From the NCBI RefSeq assembly GCF_006345805.1, contig NC_043002.1:96038001-96102000 (forward strand): DNA of 64,000 nt, in the 5' to 3' direction. A program made the position numbers and the translations under genes. The notes under the pieces are model-generated. The model saw only the letters and a program-made list of their open reading frames with translations, was not told the DNA's origin and did not search any database. This stretch comes from Octopus sinensis. Its lineage: Eukaryota. Shown here piece after piece: positions 23,973 through 37,084 of this stretch. Each line of letters starts with the position of its first letter. Within the stretch, counting starts at the first letter, position 1.

Positions 23973-25639
23973 CTTCCCTCATCTGCTCACCTGAAAAATA
24001 GATGAGAGTTGGTGACAAGAAAGACATCTGGCTGTAAAATCCTATCTCAAAATCAATTCTGATCTAAACCATGCCAAGATGGTAAAACAGAAGTTAAAAT
24101 ATACCAAATGTATGAATGAGTATTAATAATAACTAAAGTTGAAATTCAAAAGTAAAATTTAAGAATACAGCAGTTTATCAAAAATTTTGATGTTGCCACT
24201 CTCTTCTATTCATTCTCTTGATCACATGGCCTTAAATGAGCAGAGATACTGGAGAGTAACAAGTTTTAAATCATACAGGACATAAGACAATCTCTCTAGT
24301 GTCGGTGCATGTAAAGTAGCCAGTAAAGTAGCTCACCCAGTACACACACTATGAAGTGGAAATAATGCAGGATTGAAAGGATCCTTTTGACTGACCAAGA
24401 AGATGACAACTATTCAGTTGGTGCCAGTAAAGTAATTCACCCAGTACACTCTGTAAAGTGACTGGTGATAAATTAGAAATAATGAAAGGTTGACCAAGAA
24501 CATGACAACCTCTCTTGTGTTGGTGCTTTGATAAAATACTCTATAAAGTGGTTGATGTTAATAAAGGCATCCAGTCATTGAAACCTTCTGAAACTGGAAC
24601 AAATAAATGAGACATGGTACTTCAACCAATATAGGAGGACAGTAACTCTGAATAAAAACTATCTTGAACCATGACAACTTGTCCAACCTATGCCAACCAT
24701 GAAAAAGGATATATGACAGTAGTGGTGGTGGTAGCAGTGACAGAACAACAACTGTTGCTTTAATAGTTTTTAACATGTATATAATAATCTTCTTGTCCAT
24801 TCACTCGTTACACTTTAGTTAGTTAGAGAGGTGGATGTGGAGTGAGTGAGAAGTAGGGTAAAAGTGAGAGAGAGAGGGGAAGAAATGTGATTAGAGAAGA
24901 AAGAAGAGAGGAGTATAATAATACACTAAGGCCAAATGCCTTATTGGTTAAAGAGAGAGGCAAAGAGTGAAAGTAAAAGATGGTGAGAGAAAAGTGGGAG
25001 AGAGAAATGTTAAGGACATGCTGTTGGGTGGGGAGGGAAAGGTGAAGAGAAAGAGAAATGTTAGAGGCATGAAGAAGGTTGAATTACATGGTTAAAAAGT
25101 TTGTTTAAGAGGTAGAGAGAAAGATAAAGTGTTTAGCAGAGGGAAATTTTAAAATCATATAATATATTAATTATGACTGCAAAATAAAAATAAAAATCAT
25201 CCTTTCTTTCTTAAATAACTTCTCTTCATCTTTATCATTCTGTGGAATTTCCACAGGTCCTGCCAATTGAATTTAATTTTTGTAGTTAGAAAATGTTATG
25301 AGATATTATCCACAGTTTCTTCCTTAATTATTCACATCTAGTATGCATAGTTGACAATTTGTGAAGAGAAAGGGTTTTCTTTTGTCATTGAGAATCATTT
25401 TATGTAGAAAGCAGTTAATTCATTTAATTTGTACACTAGATTGTTGTTGTGTGCTTTAGAACACTCCAAACTTCAATTAACTTCTATTCATATTTCGCTG
25501 AAGTTATAAATCTCAAAAACAAATTACAGTTTTGTCTAAGATTGAAACTTTTATGGGATTTATATGTTATTAAACTTCCACACTCACTGATTCTTCGATA
25601 TTGTTTAATATTTCTGTTTTTCTTTTTAACTTCCACTAG

Positions 25640-25721
25640 TTGGAAAGATCAGAATAATGGCTTTAGAAAAGATGCTAAACTACGTTTAACTGCTGTTCCA
25701 ACTCTATTAAAATTTGGCCAT
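25640..25721 (+). CDS. TXNDC17: TXNDC17 coding exon 3
   Basis: ttccactag acceptor, WKDQNNGFRKDAKLRLTAVPTLLKFGH (conserved WKD..N.FR and TAVPTL), donor GTAAGT at 25722. Confidence 0.95.
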
Positions 25722-26311
25722 GTAAGTAATACCATATTTTACAAATATTTTATTTAACTTCATTAAAAGCCTATTTCAGTTATTTATAAATTTTACCAGT
25801 TTTTAAGCATTTCTAAAATTTAACCTAATTTTCATTTGCTAGTATGTAATTCTTTGATATCATATAATGTTCTGTAGATTGTTATAGGCAATATTGTGCA
25901 TTTTCAAGATAATTTAAGATGATTCAAGCTTAAATTTTCCCAGAACTTATAAGCCAAAATGATTCCCCCTCTGTTGCTTGTGTTGATCAAAAGAGGGCAA
26001 ATAGTTTGATTTTTAGAAGCAAGGAGTAAATTCATGTAATTTAACCATGAGGCATTGTATTAGGGGTTTAGTCAACTCCAGTATTTATTTCAGGCTGGTA
26101 ATTTTGTCAATTACTATCACAGGTGTAGTCCACAGCTACAGGTATAGCAGTGGAGTAACATAATTGTTTTCTCACTTCATGGTTCCGGGATCAGTCCTAC
26201 TGCATTTCAGAATGGGCAACTGCCTTTTACTATGACCTCAGACCAACTAATGCTGTACGAGTGACTTTGGTAGCTGGAAAACCATTGTGTGTGTCTGTAG
26301 GCATGCATGAA

Positions 26312-26643
26312 GGTGCATGGCTCAGTGGTTAGAGTGTCGAGCTTATGATCATGAGGTTGTGAGTTCAATTCCCGGACCGGGCTGCATGTTGTATTCTTGA
26401 GCAAGACACTTTATTTCACATTGCTCCAGTTAACTCAGCTGTAGAAATGAGTTGTGACATCACTGGTGCCAAGCTGTGTCAGCCTTTGCCTTTCCCTTGG
26501 ATAACATCAGTGGTGAGGAGAGGGGAGGCTGGTATGCATGGGCGACTGCTGGCCTTCCACAAACAGCCTTGCCCAGACTTGTGCCTGGGAGGGTAACTTT
26601 CTAGGTGCAATCCTATGGTCATTCATGACCGAAAGGGGTCTCC

Positions 26644-26645
<2 letters not shown>
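26312..26645 (+). mobile_element. tRNA-derived SINE (family C)
   Basis: A box tggctcagtgg, B box gttcaattcc, then cttgagcaagacactt domain; ends at a (TA)n tract. Confidence 0.7.
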
Positions 26646-26677
<32 letters not shown>

Positions 26678-27469
26678 AGAGAGATCCCGCTGTGTCATAA
26701 TTTAATGTCTTCCTTCTATGCTGGCTTGAGTTGCATGGTTGGAGCTGGTGAGTCAGAAAACTGCACCAAGTTCTACTGTCTGTTTTGGTACTGTTTCTTG
26801 GGCCGGATGCCCTACCTAATGCCTACCGCTTTATAAGAGTGTGCTGCATACTTTCTACACGCCATCAGCAGCAGTGAAGTCATCATGTAACTAGGAAGAC
26901 AGGACCCCTCTACTGAGTGAGGACTAGTATTAAGGGAGTTGGCTTTGTGCCTGGAGATGAGAAATTATAATATGAATAGAGGGTCAGAAATAGGTATTTT
27001 GCAGGAGAGGAGAAACATGGTTACTGAGAGAAGATAGTGAAGATGTGATGGTGGGGTTACACTCAAGTTACAAGGAGGTGTGTATAAATGAGTTGGAACC
27101 AAGGATTGGGTAGAGCAAGTGAGTGGGGGGAGTAAATTTGTGAGATTGTAAAAAGGGGAGCATAAGGTGGATGAGAGAGAAAGGGGGGAATGTAGCAAGT
27201 GGACACAAATAGAGGAAGGGGTGTTAGGGGGATATATTGTGAAGAAGAGATTCAACAGGGATACATTGTGTCCAGGTAGGTTCACAAAGACACAAAGGGA
27301 GAGTGGGAGATGGAGAGTGGGTGAGTGGGATGCAGTGAGTGGTGAACCCATCTGGTGGGGATGGGGGTGTTAAAAAGATAGCTTGTTGGAGAAAGGTTTG
27401 TTAGGGACAGGTTTGTGTAGAGGGATATGGACATAAACAACAAGTCTTTGTGGTCTTGATTTTACATAG

Positions 27470-28960
27470 ATAGATGGGTCTGCTCAAGCACAACAGATCA
27501 CCGATAATCTTGCTACTTTGTCATCTCCTCAGTGAGACTCAACATCTGAAGATCATTTTTTACCACTCCATCCCATGTCTTTCTAGGTCTTCCTCTTCCA
27601 CAGGTTCCCTCCAAATTTAGAAATCTGCACTTCTTTATGCAGCTGTCTTCATATATGTGCATTACATGACCATAACAGCAGTCTTTTTCCTCAACATATT
27701 TACACTTTGTTGTACATGCATACTGATATTGCACATCCTGCAAAGCATACTGGCTTCATTTCTTTCAAGCCTTTGCATGTCCTCTGCAATAACAGCCTAC
27801 ATTTCACTACCATGCAGCACAGTTGTTTGTACACAACTATTGTACAATTTACATTTCACTTTGACAGTGAAGCTGTTTATTATTAGTAAAAGTAATAGCT
27901 CTCTGAACTTTGCCCAGCTGCCACTAATTCTAGCATCTATACTTTCAGAGCATCCGCCTTCACTGCTAATTTGGTCTCATAAGTAATGGAAACTTTCTAC
28001 TACCTAAGGATCTTCCTAAGCATTTGAAGAAATCTATTTCCTATGTGTTCTTAATGTACCTTGTTCCTGCACATGTGCCACAAACACACTACATTCTTTG
28101 TTAACCTTCTTGTCATTCCAATGCACTTCTTAATTGTCCATAGCTTGCACTGGGTACACCATATGGAATTTCCACCTACACCTTTTCTACATATCAAGTA
28201 GGGCCATTTCCCTAAAAGAATTCGTAATTTGTTTGCTTTCTTGCTTACAAATATTTTAGTCTTTGCTAAATTAACTCTAAGGCCCCTGAAATTTCTTCTA
28301 GGTCTATTATAGATTTAGCTATAAGAATAAGGTCATCAGCACTAAGGAGCTCTAAAGGGCAGTCAGTTTTAAATTCCTCTCTTACAGCCTGGAGGACTAT
28401 GTTAAACAAGGAGGGGCTGAGAACTGAACCTTGATGAACTCCTACCCACACATTAGATTTGTTGCTATACTCATTGCTGACTTTCACCTCACTGATAACA
28501 TCCCTGTTCATGGCTTGGATGGCTCTCACCAGCCACTCATCCACCCTTAGCTTCTGCATCAACCACCAGAGGAGGGAGTGGGGGACCCTGTGAAAGAGTT
28601 TCTCCATGTTGACAATTACCAAGTACAGTAGTTTGTTTTTGGCTAAATGCTTCTCATGCAGTTGCCTTACTAGACAGATAGCGTCAGTAATGCTTCTCTC
28701 TGACACAAAACCCGAACTGCATCTCATCTAGGTTAACATGCTCCCTAATAGATTGAACTGTTACCCTTTCTGTAACTCTTGTGACTTGATCCAGCAAACT
28801 CATACCTCCGTAAATACTTCTGTCTAAGGCATCTCCATGAATTCTGTGTCCAGTGCTGATTGGCCTAGTGGTTGTGTTATACTGAGTGATTAAGTCATCC
28901 CTCAGTTGTACACTAGTATTTAGGGAAAAAAATATGAACGAGGATTTAGTTGTTGAAGGT
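27470..28960 (-). mobile_element. Degraded RTE LINE ORF2 (RT to C-terminus)
   Basis: ORF 28266-28727 (TDAICLVRQLHEK, VGVHQGSVLSPSLF, LLSADDLIL) and 27513-27743 (GRGRPRKTW). Confidence 0.85.
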
Positions 28961-29544
28961 TGAAATGATTGGAGGGGGAATAAATTGAGAAGTGTTGAAA
29001 CATGAAATACAGTGAAGACAGAGAGAAATATATCAAATAAGTTTAACTGTAACTGTTACAGAGTTAGCAGGTTTAGAAGAACAGAAACTCTTTTAATAGT
29101 GCTATAAAAGTTAGAGAAAAGAAACAACTGATCATTGAGACACTGGTTAGATGGCATCAGTAAATATACATTTGCTTATGAATCAGACAATGTTTGTGTA
29201 GTTGCAGTATAGCATGTGAGTGAAAGTAGTACAAGCAATCTCAGTTATGTGAGCAGCACTTTAGTGTGGGAAGGAGAAATAGCAGAATTTTGGAGGTACT
29301 AAGTATTATAAATAGTAGCAAATAAAGTAATTTGGGTGTGAAAGCCAAATTAAGATGGACTAAAGGATTGCACCAAAACCATAGCATGCCTACTGCAAAA
29401 AGTTAAAATTAAGCTAATTCAAGTTTCTCCTTTTCTTTTTCCTCATTCTCATCTTTGTTACTTATTTCTACATGCATACCACTTACTTTGTATATTTTCT
29501 AATTTCATTGAAAATATTGTGATATGTTTTATTTTAATTTTTAG

Positions 29545-29613
29545 CCTAATCAACTCAAAGAAGAACAATGTATGAACGATGACCTCATCCAAATGCTCTT
29601 TACTGAAGAATAA
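29545..29613 (+). CDS. TXNDC17: TXNDC17 coding exon 4 (terminal)
   Basis: T-rich tttttag acceptor, PNQLKEEQCMNDDLIQMLFTEE then TAA; the four exons total 372 nt = 123 aa plus stop. Confidence 0.93.
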   Translation, partial: PNQLKEEQCMNDDLIQMLFTEE

Positions 29614-29663
29614 TTCATATTCTTTCTTCTCTAAATACTCCAAAACTAATTCTTTGAAGATGA

Positions 29664-29813
29664 AATAAAGTTCTTTGTACTTAACTTTTTCTGAAAATTT
29701 CGTTGTGCCTTAGAATTTATCGTTGTTGTCAATTGATTGTATGAATGCATGCATTCAAAAGAACTACAACTTGGAAAATGATTTTTTTTTTACCCAAGTT
29801 ATTGAATAATAAA
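29664..29813 (+). terminator. Candidate polyadenylation signals for TXNDC17
   Basis: AATAAA at 29664-29669 and 29808-29813 downstream of the stop; usage unknown. Confidence 0.45.
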
Positions 29814-30438
29814 AGTTATCTTCTGTTCTTTTTACTAACATACATAAATACATGTAGGCATGTATTTATGTATGTACTTCAGAGTGTATGTATGTTTGTA
29901 TTTCCTTGTCTTTGCATTGAATAATGATGTAAATGAATGTCATTCTTTTCCAATATTCTGTAAAAACATAATGAACCATGGTGAAATATTATCTTGCTTG
30001 GAAACAGGTAAGGCTTAGTGGCAGTTGTAGAAAATCTGCTTCAGTAAACTCCATCTGACCCATGCAAGTATGGAAAAGTGGATGTTAAAATGATAATGAT
30101 AACTTTTGTATTTATTTAAAAAATATTTTTGGTATAAATTTTCATAAAATATAGAAATAAATGAATTTATAACACATTTTTTTGTTAAAATGAACACAAG
30201 TTTTATTTAATATTTCGAAATGAGAAGAAAAGTCAGATTCAGTGATAATAGTTTCTAACATTGCATAAGACCAGAAATTTAGGGCAACAGAACTGGCAAT
30301 TATATTAAACCTTGTACTTGGCTGATAGTGTATTGCACCCAGAGGCATGAAAAGTTGAGTTGACACCAGCAGAATTTGAACTTGTAAGGTGAAATGTTGT
30401 AACTAAATACTACAAGACACTTGTAGTATTTAGTATTT

Positions 30439-30668
30439 GGCTGCGAACTGGCAAAAACGTTAGCACGCCGAGCGAAATGCTTAGCAGTATTTCGTCTGCC
30501 GTTACGTTGTGAGTTCAAATTCCGCCGAGGTCGACTTTGCCTTTCATCCTTTCGGGGTTGATAAATTAAGTACCAGTTACTCACTGGGATCGATCTAATC
30601 AACTTAATCCCTTTGTCTGTCCTTGTTTGTCCCCTCTATGTTTAGCCCCTTCTGGGCAATAAAGAAAT
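30439..30668 (+). mobile_element. SINE family A copy
   Basis: 19-bp TSD taaatactacaagacactt (30404-30422, 30670-30688). Confidence 0.85.
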
Positions 30669-30759
30669 GTAAATACTACAAGACACTTTGCTCTAACAAT
30701 TCTGCTAATCCACCACTCTTTATACTTTTTTTTTTGTCGCCCTTTTCAAGCCTAGCCAG

Positions 30760-31258
30760 GCTCATTGGCCTGGTTTCTGTGGCATATGTGTCCCCTCCCC
30801 CCAGCTGGACGGGACACCAGTCCATCGCAGCATTACTCGATAAACAGAAAGAGAGAGTGAGAGAAAGTTGTGGTGAAAGAGTACAACAAGGGTCGCCACC
30901 ACCCCCTGCCAGAGCCTTGTGGAGCTTTTAGGTGTTTTCACTCAATAAACACACACAACGCATGGTCTTGGAATCAAAACCGCGAGTCCACTGCCCTAAC
31001 CACTGAGCCATTGCGCCTCCACTACTCTTTATATTTAATAATTATAATTATTAATATTGATTTCAAATTTTGGCACAAGGCCAGCAATTTCAGAGAAGGG
31101 GTAAGTCATGTACATCAACCCCAGTATTCAACTGGTACTTATTTTATCATGAGAGGCAAACGCAACCTCAGGGAATTTTGAACTCAGAACATAACGATGG
31201 ATGAAATACTGTTATGCATTTTGTCCAGTATGCTAACAATTCTGTCAGTTCACCACCT
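30760..31258 (-). mobile_element. Two adjacent SINEs (family D head at ~31020; family A variant 31055-31258)
   Basis: Minus strand ggaggcgcaatggctcagtggttaggg matches 49335; the second matches 6140-6350. Confidence 0.7.
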
Positions 31259-31927
31259 TAATTATCTATATTAATAAAAGAGAAATTCTGTCTGTCCATC
31301 TGGGACCCCTGTATTTCAGTCTACATTTGCTCTACATAGACCTATACCTTTTGGAATCAGGATGATCCCAAGATTGAAAATTTGCTCTTCATTTGGTTCT
31401 TGGTCATCCAGCACAGGGATCTGATTTAAAAACATTTGGGTTGCTATTTCTTGCAGGTAAGGCCTGGCTGACACTTGCCATCTTGGTCAGCATTTGTCAG
31501 ATGATGTCAGAGATCAAGGTGAAGATAAATGACATTCGCTTCATTAATTTTACGTTGAGATAAAAACTTTGGGACAAATTGGCCAACAGTTGGAATTCAA
31601 ATTGGGACTAGAACAATAGAATAGATTACACTTCTGAATTAATTCTCATCTGTACTTAACCTCTGATCAAACACCATTGAAGCATATAGTCATGTTATTT
31701 AGTTCTCATTAGTTTGGGGCCAAAGGCCCAATTAACCCTCCACAGGAGCTAGCTTAAAAGTATGCACAGAGTGCAGCTTTTAAAGTAGTAATTGATATTA
31801 TTAAACATAATTTTTACATTCATTTTGAAATCTTTTCAAATCTTTTTTCATTTATTCTTTTACTTTTTCATCACCGTTATCATCATCATGGTTATGAAGT
31901 GAGTCTGAGAAGGACTATTTCTCAGTT

Positions 31928-32155
31928 AAGATTGTTTGCCAACATAACATGGCAGTCCTGGTTTAGGACGAATGTTGCTGTAATTTAGCCCCAGGAGACA
32001 TTATCTCCAGCTGGCTGTATGACACAATCTGTGTCCTTATATTTTCAAACACAGATAGTGTCATATAGCCAGCTGGAGATGATGTCTCCTGGGGCTAAAT
32101 TACAGCAACATTCGTCCTAAACCAGGACTGCCATGTTATGTTGGCAAACAATCTT
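31928..32155. repeat. Near-perfect inverted repeat (107-bp arms, 14-nt loop), MITE-like
   Basis: Arms 31928-32034 and 32049-32155 differ at 3 positions. Confidence 0.9.
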
Positions 32156-33020
32156 TACTCCAAAGTACTGTTGCTGAATATCTCTTGTGAGATTTACAAA
32201 TAGTAATTTTTTGACTATTTCTCAGTTCAAAACATGTATCCATACAAGGATTTCAGTTCACTACTGAAAGCTAAATATTCTTGTCATTCCAGCTTAAAAC
32301 AGTTAACAGTATTTTCCTTGTTAACAACCAGGCAGGCTGGATCATATTATTAATTGTCTCACTCACAGCACTCCTGTCATGACATTAAATGAACTACTAA
32401 TCCTTCAACCAAGAGCCTCTATCAACTCAGTTGTAACTCTTGTGTCATGTAATTTATGTAACAATTGATAGAGGGCTATATTCAGAGATAAATTCTTTTC
32501 TTAATGTGGAATGCTGAACAGTATCAGATATTGTTTTGTGTGTCTGCAAAAACGTGGATAACACTAAATGAACTAAATTAAACCAGAGAAAATACTGATT
32601 CAAATGCATTACATAATGTACAACATAAATATAAAACTGAAAGTGAAACAGCCTTGAATTTTATTTCATGCTTTTTAACTGATAAACAATTAAAATATAT
32701 AGCTTTCCAAACAAAACAGCCAATGTGTCAAGCAAACAGTTGTCAGCAGGTAGCATATTTTATTATGTTTGTAACAACAATATATTGAACTAAACTAAAT
32801 TAAAGTGCCTCATCACTAACTGGAGCAGAACTAGGGCAAGGCCATTAAGTAATTGGTACTATAGTCACAGATTTCAGTTAGATGTACAAGTTAATAGAAA
32901 TTTCAAAATAATATTCAAGTAGCCTTTATTTATGGGTGTGTATGAAGTGCTATTCACTCTAATTATATTTAATAAAAAAATATACAAGAAGGTTCCCAGA
33001 CTAGCTATATATATATATAC

Positions 33021-33058
<38 letters not shown>

Positions 33059-33392
33059 TGATTGTATACTGTCAACTTAACGTGATAATCCCGTAACGGA
33101 ATAAAACTAACAATGTGTGTCTGTATGTGTGCATCACTAAAACTCGAGAACTACCCAACCAATTTCCTTTAAATTTTACACATGCCTTACTTAGTGTCAC
33201 AGGCCATAAAAATTTTCAACTCCTTGCCCAACATGAGCCCAGTGCAATCTCTTACCTCTTACACTATTTCAGTTTTACATGTCAAAAGTGAAACAATAAA
33301 ATCTCTATTGTAATTTGAGATACATTCAGTTTAATACTTTCACTATTAATACTGAAACTATGAAAGTGAAACTATTATCTCACATATATATA

Positions 33393-33434
<42 letters not shown>

Positions 33435-33695
33435 GTATATATAAATGCATGTATATATATGTATATGCAAGTATATATATCTGCATGTGTGTATATATAT
33501 GCATGTGTATATATATATACACACACATACATATGAATGTACATTATATATATATGCATGTATGTATGTATATATATATATAATTAATATTAATATTAGG
33601 GAAGTTATTTCCGAGTCCACAGGGGAGAGAAGTTCAATTTAGTGGTACTAAAATGAATTACTGTATTACATACATATAAATAGATAGTATATATA

Positions 33696-34098
33696 GGCGC
33701 AGGAGTGGCTGTGTGGTAAGTAGCTTGCTAACCAACCACATGGTTCCGGGTTCAGGCCCACTGCGTGGCATCTTGGGCAAGTGTCTTCTGCTATAGCCCC
33801 GGGCTGATCAATGCCTTGTGAGTGGATTTGGTAGACAGAAACTGAAAGAAGCCTGTCGTATATATGTATATATATATATATAAGTGTGTGTGTATATGTT
33901 TGTGTGTCTGTGTTTGTCCCCCTAGCATTGCTTGACAACCGATGCTGGTGTGTTTACGTCCCCGTCACTTAGCGGTTCGGCAAAAGAGACCGATAGAATA
34001 AGTACTGGGCTTACAAAGAATAAGTCCCGGGGTCGATTTGCTCGACTAAAGGCGGTGCTCCAGCATGGCCGCAGTCAAATGACTGAAACAAGTAAACG
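33696..34098 (+). mobile_element. Full-length tRNA-derived SINE family B
   Basis: tRNA-like head (tggctgtgtgg...gggttcaggccc), internal TA/GT microsatellite, CR1-like 3' tail. Confidence 0.85.
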
Positions 34099-34118
34099 AG
34101 TATCTATCTGTCTGTCTA

Positions 34119-34190
<72 letters not shown>

Positions 34191-34446
34191 TTAAATGGAA
34201 TTTTTCAGAAATTTCTGTCGGCTTTTTTTCGAGTAGCGAGCATATTGTGAAAAATTATATGGTTATGGACAATATGTTCAATTTCGGCATATTTGGCATT
34301 AGAAATTTTTTCGTTTGCCCTTATTTATAAGTTGTTTATAATTATAATTTTAACCTTTAAAGGTATTTTTTAATATGCTGGCCATTGATAAAATTTTTTT
34401 TAGAAAAAATTTTATCCTACATTAAATATATATATATATAATCTGG

Positions 34447-37056
34447 AACACCACGTGACATATTTCTTTTGGGTGATTTCAACTTCCCCTACGTCAAATG
34501 GCCCGAAGGTCACATACTCTCAGGAATGAATCAATGCAAGCAAGTACAGGTGGAGTCCCTGCTCAACCTCACCAATGCCTTATTCATGGAGCAAGTTCTA
34601 CTCAAGCCAACTAGGGCAAATAACATTCTGGATCTCTGCTTCACGAACAATATGGACATCATTCATGATGTGAAAGTGACACCGACATCAGTTTCGGATC
34701 ACAACATAATAGAGCTGTCTATGTTTGGGCCGAAAGTAACCAGAGACATACAGCCTAAAGGAAGCACCCAAAATCTCTCCAATCTGAACTTCCATAAAGC
34801 AGATTGGAAATCGATCCAAAAAGAGATCCTCAGAGAGGACTGGCCGGAATGTCTCTCCACACCAGACATTGACATGAAACTAGAATGTTTCATGTCTTCT
34901 GTGCAAGCAGTATGCCAGAAATATGTCCCAGAGCACAAGGCCAAAACAAATAGGAGCAAGATTCCAAGAGACAGGAAGATCCTCATGAGACGAAGGTTGC
35001 AAATCGTCTCAACCAACATCCCAAAAGTAGCGAAACGTCCTGCCTAAAAACAACACTGATGGAGATCGAAAAAAGGCTGCAACAATCCTATGTGAAGGAG
35101 AAAGCAGACAAAGAAGTCTGGGTTATAAAAAACATTAAATCAAACCCAAAGGCCTTCTTTCATTACGCGAAAGAAACAGTCTCAGTGCACTACAAGATAG
35201 GACCCCTCCTCCAAAAGGATGGCTCCCTCACAGACAGTCCAACTATGATCAGTGAGATGCTGAATGACCAGTTCAAAAGTGTTTTTAATATCCCGTTGGA
35301 ACACAGACAAGTGAACGAACCAGTGGACTTCTTTGCCGCCTCACCTATAACCAGTGAGGCGGTTACAATAGAATGTATTGACATTAGCGAAAACGATGTC
35401 CTACTAGCCATAGATGAAGTGGACACAAACTCAGCTGCTGGTCCAGACGGTTTCCCAGCCATCCTCCTCAAAGTGTGTTAGCATGCCCTGGCAAAACCCC
35501 TCAAGATTCTCTTCCAGAGCTTTTTTGCGAATGGAAAACTGCCAAGCAAGCTGAAGGAGGGAATAATATGCCCAATACATAAAGGGGGAAGTAGAGCAGA
35601 TGCCAAAAACTATAGGCCTATGTCTCTGACTTCACACATCAACAAAGTCATGGAAAGGATAGTCAGAAAGAAACTAATCGCATTCCTTGAGGAAAATAAC
35701 TTGCTGAGTAATACCCAGCATGGTTTTCGACCAGGTAGGAGCTGCCTGACCCAGCTCTTACAGCATTATGACTGGTTGTTGAGGCAGTTACTCAAAAAAT
35801 CAAATGTGGATGTAATCTACCTTGATTTTGCAAAAGCTTTTGACAAGGTGGATCATGGTATGATATGCCACAAACTACATGACCTTGGCATAGCTGGAAA
35901 ACTTGGAGTGTGGTTGCATGACTTCCTGAAAGATAGGAGTCAGGCAGTAGTGGTTAATGGAGCTACCTCTATGAACACACAAATAGTGAGCGGTGTTCCA
36001 CAGGGCACTGTCTTTTTATAGTGGCCCTCTCAGATATGCCCTCAAATGCCCGGATAGCCACTCTGGCCAGTTATGCAGATGATACGAAAGTCTTGCAGAA
36101 AATACAGAACCCCAGCGATGTTGCACACGTGCAGCAGGAGTTGGACTCAATCTACAGATGGACTGAGGATAATAATATGCAGTTTAATGCTGAAAAATTC
36201 CAGGCCCTGCGCTACCAGCATCCAAAACTGAATATTAAACTTACAGGATACACCGGTCCACAGGGAATTTCAATCCCAGAGCCTAAGTCTGTGAGGGACC
36301 TGGGTATTGACATGAGTGATGATATCTCTTTCCAAGTGCACATTACCAGGATGGCGACAAAGTGCAGACGACTGGCTGGGTGGATCCTAAGAACATTCAG
36401 AACCAGAGATAAAGAAACCATGATGGTCCTCTGGTGGACATTCATCCTCAGTCGCCTGGATTACTGCTCACAGCTATGGTCACCCACCAGTGTAAAATTA
36501 ACAGCGGACCTTGAAGCAATCCAGAGAAGATTCACAAAGAAGATCGTCTCTTTGCAACAGCTCAGCTACTGGGAAAGTTTGAAACAGCTAAGACTCTACT
36601 CCCTGGAGAGAAGACGGGAGAGGTATGCAGTAATATATGTCTGGAAGATCCTGGAAGGAATTGTGCCAAATTTTGGCATTGTAAGCTACACCAATGCTAG
36701 AACGGGACGACACTGCATAGTGCCAAAGATCCCAGCAATGCCATCACGCTTCAGGACCAGCTTCTGCAACAGCCTGGGTTTCAAGGGCCCACAGCTTTTT
36801 AATATTCCCCCAAAGAGTCTGAGGAACTTGCACAAAGTAGATATAGCGGTTTTTAAATCAAAGCTGGACATCTTCCTGTCAAGAGTCCCAGATGAACCTA
36901 CCTCACAGCAAGAGGTGCAAATGAGAGTAGCTGTATCAAACTCCATTCTTCACCAAGTGCCACATATTAGACGAGGTTCGTCGTAATAACAGTGTAGCAG
37001 AAAACGGCAGTGCATCAGCATGGCCGCAGCTCTGAGCTGAAACTAGAAAAAAAAAA
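34447..37056 (+). mobile_element. CR1-type LINE ORF2, 5'-truncated in the endonuclease, with stops and frameshifts, intact 3' end and A-tail
   Basis: LGDFNFP, NILDLCF, SDHN (APE); AGPDGFP, NYRPMSLTS, QHGFRPGRSCLTQL, YLDFAKAFDKVDH, SGVPQG, YADD, RDLG, RLDYCSQLW, YSLERRRER (CR1 RT and C-terminus). Confidence 0.92.
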
Positions 37057-37084
37057 TATATATATATATATGTATATATATATA

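Noticed and set aside
25449-25757. 102-aa ORF as a standalone gene
   Set aside because: Only 25640-25721 is coding (TXNDC17 exon 3); the rest is intron read in frame.
24830-27450. Long GA-rich stretches (24830-25140, 26950-27450) with an ORF at 26965-27351
   Set aside because: Low-complexity purine-rich DNA adjoining RTE fragments; no coding signal.
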